Origin: Octopus vulgaris
Lineage: Eukaryota
DNA: 64,000 nt
Direction of reading: 5' to 3'
Assembly (NCBI GenBank): GCA_951406725.2
Contig: OX597824.1
Location: 50,778,001-50,842,000, forward strand
Shown: piece after piece, positions 55,867-64,000 of the stretch
How the letters are laid out: each line of letters starts with the position of its first letter
How positions within the stretch are numbered: position 1 is the stretch's first letter
Position numbers and translations under genes: made by a program
The notes under the pieces: generated by a model
What the model saw: the letters and a program-made list of their open reading frames with translations, nothing else
The model's database searches: none
Told to the model about the DNA's origin: nothing

Positions 55867-56330
55867 ATTTAAACACAAAGAGGCGAGCCATAACAGATTG
55901 CCTAACATACTAGAAAGAACAGTCAAAAAGTCCAGACCATAGTTAAGAGCAATTCTGAAGGGAATAAAAAATAAAAACATTCACCATGTTTTACAGCCGG
56001 ACCTCAGGTTTCGAACTTTAATTGGTAAATAAAATAATCTGCAAGGCGAAGTTCTCATCAGCGGATACACCAAAACATTAACATTTAAATTAGAGACCAA
56101 ATAACACGTGTCTCATCCGTATATATTAGGATATAAATTGCACTTAACTGTGGACTGGAATTTTGACTGTTCTTTCTAGTATGTGAGGCAACCTGTTAAG
56201 GCTTGCCTCTTTGTGTTTAAATGTACACTGATTCTTATATGAAAATATGTCTACTGACTTTGTATACATACTAGGCCACTGGTAGAAAACTTTTCTATAA
56301 TTTTTCCTACCCTATATTAATTTTAAGAAA
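55867..56330 (-). mobile_element. Fold-back module: about 68-bp inverted repeats (55867-55935 and 56155-56222) enclosing a hammerhead
   Basis: Arms visible directly; motif TAGGCCACTGGTAG...TACCCTATATTAATT at 56271-56322. Confidence 0.7.
55997..56064 (-). ncRNA. Type I hammerhead ribozyme motif
   Basis: Minus strand CCG-CTGATGA-GAACTT...AAGTTC-GAAA-CCTGAGG-TC^CGG: canonical core, 6-bp helix II with a G-C first pair, GUC triplet. Confidence 0.82.
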
Positions 56331-56409
56331 TATATATATGTGAGAGTGTGTGTGTGTATGTATATATATACATGCATATACATATATATGTTTGTCTGTA
56401 TGTTTTCAG

Positions 56410-56449
<40 letters not shown>

Positions 56450-56464
56450 ACATATATATATATA

Positions 56465-56627
56465 GGCGCAGGAGTGGCTGTATGGTAAGTAGCTTCCTTA
56501 CCAACCACATGGTTCTGGGTTCAGTCCCACTGCGTAACACCTTGAGCAAGTGTCTTCTACTATAGCCTCGAGCCGACCAAAGACTTGTGAGTGGATTTGG
56601 TAAACGGAAACTGAAAGAAGCCCGTCG

Positions 56628-56688
<61 letters not shown>

Positions 56689-56908
56689 GTATGTGTATGT
56701 GTGTGTGTGTGTGTGTTTGCCCTTATTTGTCCCCCCAATATCGCTTGACAACCGATGATGGCGTGTTTACGTTCGGCAAAAGACCCCGATAGAATAAGTA
56801 CTAGACTTACAAACAAAATATCCTGGGGTCGATTTGCTCGACTACATGCAGTGTTCCAGCATGGCCGCAGTGAAATGAGTGAAACAAGTAAAAGAATAGA
56901 ATAAAAGA
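56465..56908 (+). mobile_element. SINE family A, full-length
   Basis: GGCGCAGGAGTGGCTGTATGGTAAGTAGC... through GAAACAAGTAAAAGAATAGAATAAAAGA. Confidence 0.9.
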
Positions 56909-57505
56909 ATATAAATAGGTCTACATATTTCATAGAAGGTACTTTCGTGACAATATCTATGTATGTTTATGTACGGTGCCCTGTCATGAGTTGATCATGT
57001 ATTGACAAGGAGACATGAGAACACGTTATCGAACAGAATACACATAATTAGAACAACATTAGTTAATAACAAGAATCGTATATGGGATTCTTCACAAAAA
57101 CTTTGATTGGTTATCGAAGCTTTAACAATATCCAATTACAAACCAAAATTAAACGCACATTTACATTACATGAGGAATAAACTACGAAAATAACAACGAA
57201 TTTAAACATTAGCTAATATGTAATCTGTCGATTACGGCTTACATTGTCATTCCCACGTTGTTCTATTACCTACAATGTTCGGCTGATAGGGCCAACAAGG
57301 TCGTGAAGCGTTGATAAATGTAGAAACATTCATGTTTTGGAATAAACATAGTTGACAATTAAAGAAACATGAAACATCTTTAATAAAAATGATTAAAATC
57401 GAATATGCTCCTGATTGCAATTCATGTTTGAAAAGAAATAAACTTACTAATTATACCTACGTACTTACATATATGTGTATGCATGAATACACAAACACAC
57501 ACACG

Positions 57506-57537
<32 letters not shown>

Positions 57538-57599
57538 CATACACACACATGCAAACACACATACACATACACACACATGTACAATTAAATATAGAATCG

Positions 57600-57753
57600 A
57601 CGTGGCTTAGCGGTAAGACGTTTGCTTCCCAACAACACGGTTCTGAGTCCAGTCACACAGCGTGGCACCTTGAAAAAGTGTCTTCTAATATAACCTCGGC
57701 CCGACCAAAGCCGTGTGAGTGGATTTAGTAGACAGAAACTGAAAGAAGCCTGT

Positions 57754-57755
<2 letters not shown>
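57600..57755 (+). mobile_element. SINE family A, 5' half
   Basis: GTGGCTTAGCGGTAAGACGTTTGCTTCCCAAC...GGATTTAGTAGACAGAAACTGAAAGAAGCC. Confidence 0.82.
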
Positions 57756-57812
<57 letters not shown>

Positions 57813-57814
<2 letters not shown>

Positions 57815-58125
57815 CGTCGAGCTTACGATCGTGAGGTTGTGAGCTCGAATCCCGGACGGGGGTGCGTGTTGTGTTCTTGAGCAAGGCACTTTATTTCACG
57901 TTGCTCCAGTTCACTCAGCTGTAGAAATGAGTTGCGACGTCACAGGTGCCAAGCTGTATCGGCCCTTGCCTTTCCCTTGGACAACATCGGTGACGTGGAG
58001 AGGGGAGGCCGGTATGCATGGGCGACTGCTGGTCTTCCATAAAAAAAACAACCTTGCCCAGACTTGTGCCTCAGAGGGTATCTCTCTAGGTGCAAACCCA
58101 TGGTCAGTGCCTGACCGAAGGGGGT

Positions 58126-58129
<4 letters not shown>
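57813..58129 (+). mobile_element. SINE family C (tRNA head, CORE-like middle, possible RTE-like tail) inserted in (TA)n
   Basis: B-box-like GAGCTCGAATCCC, TCTTGAGCAAGGCACTT...CTCAGCTGTAGAAATGAGT, terminal hairpin GGTCAG.GC.CTGACC. Confidence 0.7.
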
Positions 58130-58204
<75 letters not shown>

Positions 58205-58265
58205 AATATATATATAGCTACGTACATATATGTATATATATGCATATGTTTTATTTATTAATATA

Positions 58266-59007
58266 TTATATGACGGAACGCACGCATCCCTTTCTAAGTA
58301 AGATTGTTCTTGATATTAATTTTGATGCGCACTCTTAACCTTTCTGTCCCCTCCCTTTCTCAGCCTCCATTTGATTTCCTTTTCTTCTACTTAACTGTCT
58401 CTCCCTATCTCTCATTCTTCACTCTCTCTCTCTCCCTCTCTCTCATTCTTCATTCTTTCTGGTTTCCTCACAACCATTCCCTTTTCTTCTCTCCCTTTCT
58501 CTTACTCCTCCTCCTCCCTCCCGCCGTTAACCCGCGACGAGAGCATTGCCACCTTTCTACCTTGACCTTCTTGAGGTGTGGACGGCAATTTTCTTTGCTC
58601 CCTTCGCTGTCCACAGAAATAGCGTTCGTAATATTTTTTTTCGTTCGGCTTAACAGCCCTTCTTGTCTTGTTATTTTCCTTGTCCTGTCTTTTACTGCTT
58701 ATATTTTGTACTGTCGTTTCTGTCCTGTTTTTGTTACCATTTTTACCCCTCTGCAAAAGGATCTCAAATTTTATTTGATTTGCTTTTCGCAGGAAGGAAA
58801 GTTTCTATCGAAGATACGTCTCGCCTACACCTTCAAAACGTAGAGTAGATGAAACCATGGCGACTGAAGAAGGGGTTTTTTCCTTGTGTTATTTGTCCTG
58901 TACTCTATTTTTTGTTGTTTAAGAAAAATGTCCAGTTCCTTGGGTTTGTGTCTGTTTTCGTTTCTCATTGTGTTCGGCCTTTATTTTGGTGTCCTGTACT
59001 CATATAT
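58266..59007 (+). mobile_element. About 740-bp family H2 element in (TA)n
   Basis: Homologous to the reverse complement of 15131-15790 at both ends and internally. Confidence 0.75.
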
Positions 59008-59069
59008 GCGTGTATATATACATGTAGAGGTAGGTACGTACATATATGTATATATATATGCATATGTTT

Positions 59070-59104
<35 letters not shown>

Positions 59105-59184
59105 TATGTGTGTGGGTAAATTGCCGCATTTTATATTTTTTATTTCACGCTTGCGTATTGTTTGTGTTTGATTTTGTTGAATAC

Positions 59185-59937
59185 ACAGTATAATAGGGTC
59201 AATTTGGCACGGTCTGTGAGAAAAACAGCACCATGATGCAATTCACTCTGCCAGAAATTTGGAAAGGGTGTGCTCTACTGCTTGGCATTCGCCTCGAAAG
59301 CTCCAATACGAATATTTCAGAGTATTTGGGTGTTAATCTCAGTCCCCAAAAACATGTACTGAGAGTGATAAAAATCAAACACCAGGCAACATCATGGCGA
59401 CGTTATCTTCCCACACGGTTTGAGACTCAACATGGAGGCCTATATCAAGTGCCTGGTGGAGGTGCCCTGGGTCAAGAGGGTGGCTGCTGGAAGACGTTAT
59501 GTCTAACAACAGGAATCTGCACCATGCCACTCAAGAAGGAGAATTCAGTCATGACTGTCAAACAATTTCTGCGACCACATCACCCCTAACATCTGGCCAC
59601 CTAGCTCCCCAGACTACAACCTCCTTGGTTATTATGTGTAGGAAGCAGTTGAATGTGAGACTAACAAAACTCCTTGTAACACCAAAGATGAACTGAAGGC
59701 AAGTATTATGGCATAATTCACCAACTTAATCAAAAAAAACCCCCAGAAGAGTTGCAGGAGATTCCGAAGTCGTCTGGAGGGTGTGGTTGAAACCAATGGC
59801 GAATTTATTGAATAAATTTACTCTTTACTATTTCAAGATATTTTAATATAATTTTGATGAATATATCTGTTAAAATGAGATGTCGGTGTTATTTTTTTTT
59901 ATTTTTGCATAATTTAGACAGTAGTTTATTCACCGTG
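59185..59937 (+). pseudogene. Internally deleted Tc1/mariner element of maT (DD37D) type
   Basis: QQESAPCH (QQDSAPAH), WPPSSPDYNLLGYYV* (WPPSSPDLNPLDY.VW), ending RFRSRLEGVVETNGEFIE*. Confidence 0.8.
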
Positions 59938-59944
59938 TGTGTGT

Positions 59945-60300
59945 ATGTGTGTGCATTTTTTCTTTATGTTTGTCCCTACACCAGCACTTGATAATAGATG
60001 TCGGTTTGTTTACTTCCCTGTAAATCTGAATAAGTACCAGATTAAAAAAATATTAGTACCAGATTGATTTATTCGATTTAAACTATCAAGGCGACACCCC
60101 TGCATAGCCGCTGTTGAATGACTGATATACGGTCATGCTGGGGCAGCGCCTTGAGAGATTTTTGTCGAACGAATCGCTCCCAGCACCTATTTTTTTAAAG
60201 CCTGGTATTTATTATTTCGGTCTCTTTTACTGGGCCGACTTACGAGGACATAAACACGCGAACACCAGTTGTCAAGCAGTGATGGGGTACAAACACACAC
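59945..60300. mobile_element. Two SINE family A 3' halves joined tail-to-tail (+ 59945-60128, - 60131-60300)
   Basis: GCATAGCCGCTGTTGAATGACTGA is directly followed by GGTCATGCTGGGGCAGCGCCTTGA. Confidence 0.65.
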
Positions 60301-61472
60301 ACACATCTGTAAATACATACATAAATACACGCATACACATATACATGTACACACACACGTACATATAGGTGTGTGTGTGTGTGTATGTGTGTGCACGCAC
60401 AACAAACCACGAAACAATTCACTTTTTTGAAGACAAAACCTGGATTTTATGTTCAAACCTTTAAAAGCGTCTCTCTCCCTTTTCCTGTACAATCTGCACG
60501 CATAATTATTCGAGCACTTTCTGAACTAACTCATTGTTTTGAATAACATAGCGGCAATGAAATGACATAATGACATGTTTTGCGAAAATATTAGTCGGGT
60601 AGGTGGCTGTTAAACTGCGCATCGTTCTGTGGTTGTCCGCAATTTATATGAAAGACTTATATATTTCTTGTTCAGTAGCTAAGAGAGAGAGCACTGGTTG
60701 ACCTTTTTCTTTAACATATAACACTTATTGAACTCATATATTGTAAATTGTTACCTTGAAAATTATATTTAAAAAAGCAATGTAAGATATAAAATAAAAG
60801 TAAAACATGACAGACTGATAGTCAGACGGGGAGACAGAAGGAAAAGCAAAGATTAGTATGAAACAGTAAGGCCAAAATACATTTTCGTTAATCGAATGTA
60901 TAAATATATTTACCCTGGCAAACATTAGGGTAAACAACATAACTGTCAGCAAATCAATTATCATAAACCATGAGTAGGACCCCATGCCCCAAGCCATTGA
61001 TGAGACACTCTATAATCGGGTGATATGATAGAAATAACATCCATTCCCACACGCATTCTAAAACATGCAATGGGAAGGACATTGGATTATGTCGTTCAAA
61101 ATATATTAAGCCAAGATAAAATTAAGATGGAATAGTCATATTGTTTGGTTTGCTTTTGATTCTAATTTTAGAATAGTCACATTATCCTTCCTATCTTAAC
61201 AGATGAGCCTGAAAACATTGCGATTTAATTTGGTTAATACATTGATACGCTGCAAATTATTTAGTTCGTTTGACATATTGGGATTGAAGTGCACCATAGC
61301 AGGGGTCGAAAGCTCCTAGTATTGCAGCGCAGGTTTGCTTATTAGTTGCAGCTTTTAACTCCTTTGCTCCATTGAAGTTCGTACGGGGAACATGAAGGAC
61401 AAAAACTCACAAGTATCCCTTTCCTGGTCACCAGGTTCATTTCTAAGTCTGAAATTTCAAGCAATTGATAAT

Positions 61473-61511
<39 letters not shown>

Positions 61512-61624
61512 CGCTCATCATGTCATTACATTTAGATGTAATCATTAGATTTAATTGTATTGATAAATCAGATCTGTATTTTGGTAAAATATTTGTTTAT
61601 TTGTCAAGTTACAACAAAAGCAGC

Positions 61625-61770
61625 CTAGCATCCAAAGTAGAGGCCATCGTGTTGCGTTGTCTGAAGCCACCCCTCTGATAGCTCTTTGATCCCATGCTGA
61701 TACCAGTACTTATCCTTCGAGGTGAAGAACTCCTTCATTGAAGTTACCACTTCCTCAAACGAATAATAGG
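61625..61770 (-). pseudogene. Mariner transposase C-terminal fragment
   Basis: FEEVVTSMKEFFTSKDKYWYQHGIKELSEGWLQTTQHDGLYF. Confidence 0.75.
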
Positions 61771-62113
61771 CTGCTTTCATTGTAACTTGACAAATAAAGC
61801 AAACTACTAAACTATTGCAAAACATTTGACCCAACATAATGGAATACATATTTGTCTCCTCAGTATCTTTTACTACATTTCCTCAACTCCCTTGGCATAC
61901 CTAAATTAGAAAATAAAACTTTACAAGGAATATCCCTGACAACGACCCATGTATTTACTGCCCATCATATTTCCAACTCCACACTGCACAAACATTCATG
62001 CATGCACACATACACACCTAAGTTGTCACTCGACACGGTAGAAATAATAACCATACATATGTGCATACATACATACATACATACATACATACATACATAC
62101 ATACATACATACA

Positions 62114-62147
<34 letters not shown>

Positions 62148-62149
62148 CA

Positions 62150-62926
62150 TTCGTTGTGGAGTTAACACCGAAGATATCACCCACATCATAAGCAGTTGTC
62201 CGAAAATGTCATCACAGTATTATCTACAGATGAGATATGATGCTGGAGCTATGACACTCTATAATGAAATCCGTCGGAAGGATAATCCTGAGGACAAAGA
62301 AATAAGAACTCACAGTATGGTAGAAGCCATAGCCATTCATAATAAAAAAGAGTACTGGTGGAATGTACCAGTGAAGACCTCAATAAAATGTAAGCACAAC
62401 AGACCTGATATAATGATTTGGAATAGAGAAGAGAAACTGTGCACAGTTATGGAAATTAGCTGCCCAGCGGATGTCAACATAAAGCTGAAGATTAGCGAAA
62501 AAGAGAAAACCTACGCTGAACTATTGAGAAATTTGCAATTACTCTATCCAGATTACAAGTTCAGGTTTATACCTGTAATTATTGGGACCCTGAGATAGGT
62601 ATCACACTGCCAAAATACCAATCTTGAGAAATTAGGCTTCTGAAAACCAGAAAGTAGAAAGCTAATTCGAAGACAACAGATCCAATCCATCACTGGAACT
62701 GTAAAAATTTGTAAAACTTTCCAGAAGTTTATCATTTAACTACATATGAGCATGTCTAGATATGCAAATATATGCATGAGAATACACACATAAAACAAAA
62801 CATACAAGTCTGCACATATTCGTACAAATATACATACCAACAAAAATACCTGTTGATGTTGAAATTCTAATGAAGGAACCTTTGATTTAGGTTAGAACCA
62901 GGCTCTTTCTCTATTGGCAAGAAATA
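62150..62926 (+). mobile_element. R4/Dong-type LINE 3' portion (CCHC knuckle, REL endonuclease, 3' UTR) within (CATA)n
   Basis: CGVNTEDITHIISSC, RYD (RHD), WWNVP, HNRPDIMIW...EISCP, KEKTY, FIPVIIGTL; two in-frame stops, ORF ends at 62739. Confidence 0.9.
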
Positions 62927-63157
62927 TGTATGTATGTACGTACGTATGTTATGTTATGTTTGCATTGCTGTATGAATGTCCTGGATATGACTTTAAACTG
63001 TAGGCCTCTGTTTCATGAGTGCCAACCTTTTCTGAAAAATGGGATGTATGAAACGTGGTTTTTTATCAGGCAGGTGGCAATACTAAAAATAATCATGGTA
63101 ATTTTCGTTGGGGGCGTCGTCCAGAAAGCCCCACGAGGGGCAGGTTACCCATGACTG

Positions 63158-63214
<57 letters not shown>

Positions 63215-63240
63215 TTTGTGTGTGTGTGTATGTATGTATG

Positions 63241-63289
<49 letters not shown>

Positions 63290-63292
63290 GTA

Positions 63293-63701
63293 TTACTCTT
63301 TACTCTCTACTCTTTTGCTTGTTTCAGTCATTTGACTGCGGCCATGCTGGAGCACCGCCTTTTAGTCGAGCAAATCAACCCCGGGACTTATTCTTTTTAA
63401 GCCCAGTACTTGTTCTATCGGTCTCTTTTGACGAACCGCTAAGTTACGGGGACGTAAACACAACAGCATCGGTTGTCAACCAATGCTGGGGGGACAAACA
63501 CAGACACACAAACACACACACACACACATATATATATACATATATACGACGGGCTTCTTTCAGTTTCCGTCTACCAAATCCACTCACAAGACATTGATCG
63601 GCCCGGGGCTATAGCAAAAGACACTTGCCCAAGATGCCACGCAGTGGGACTGAACCCGGAACCATGTGGTTGGTTAGCAAGCTACTTACCACACAGCCAC
63701 T
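63293..63701 (-). mobile_element. SINE family A, near full-length young copy
   Basis: High identity to the reverse complement of 24713-25118. Confidence 0.92.
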
Positions 63702-64000
63702 ATATATTATTTCAAGGATATAAATACCTCTTAAAAGGATGTCAGCATCCAATCTGTTCCAGTAATCTCCGTGTGGCGCATTCTGTCTCTAGAATTGTCT
63801 TCAAAATTATATCTTCACTTAACAATAGGAAATTAAGTGATTTGTATTATTATAATAATACGAATAAATGTAATACTTGAAGAACAGTAAAGGTGATAAT
63901 GATAGTAAAGCATATACTAATAAACCTTTCTAATAAACAAAGGAAACAATCCACGTTGGGTCCCATCTTAACCTAAAGGCTAACAGTATGGACTATAATA

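Noticed and set aside
61852-62598. 248-aa ORF as a host gene
   Set aside because: Chimera of random sequence, (CATA)n and the 3' end of an R4/Dong-type LINE

Overview
AT-rich, microsatellite-saturated eukaryotic DNA with no protein-coding host exon I can support, so probably a large intron or intergenic region. The tRNA-headed SINEs resemble those I recall from Octopus, so a cephalopod origin is inferred, not proven. Nearly all ORFs in the supplied track are translations of simple repeats. Recognisable content is transposon-derived: a full-length decayed mariner (6124-7410), a full-length decayed Tc1 (46971-48207), other Tc1/mariner fragments, non-autonomous Helitrons, R4/Dong-type REL-endonuclease LINE 3' ends, CR1/Jockey-, RTE- and L1/Tx1-type LINE remnants, a Penelope (GIY-YIG) remnant and about 20 SINE copies. 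The most notable signal is about 10 type I hammerhead-ribozyme motifs, three of them with intact core and helices. They lie in short non-coding modules embedded in (TA)n tracts, often beside long fold-back hairpins, which suggests a Penelope-mobilised, retrozyme-like system. A pre-miRNA-like hairpin at 50619-50709 is also worth testing. All alignments and folds were done by eye; coordinates of degenerate elements are approximate.
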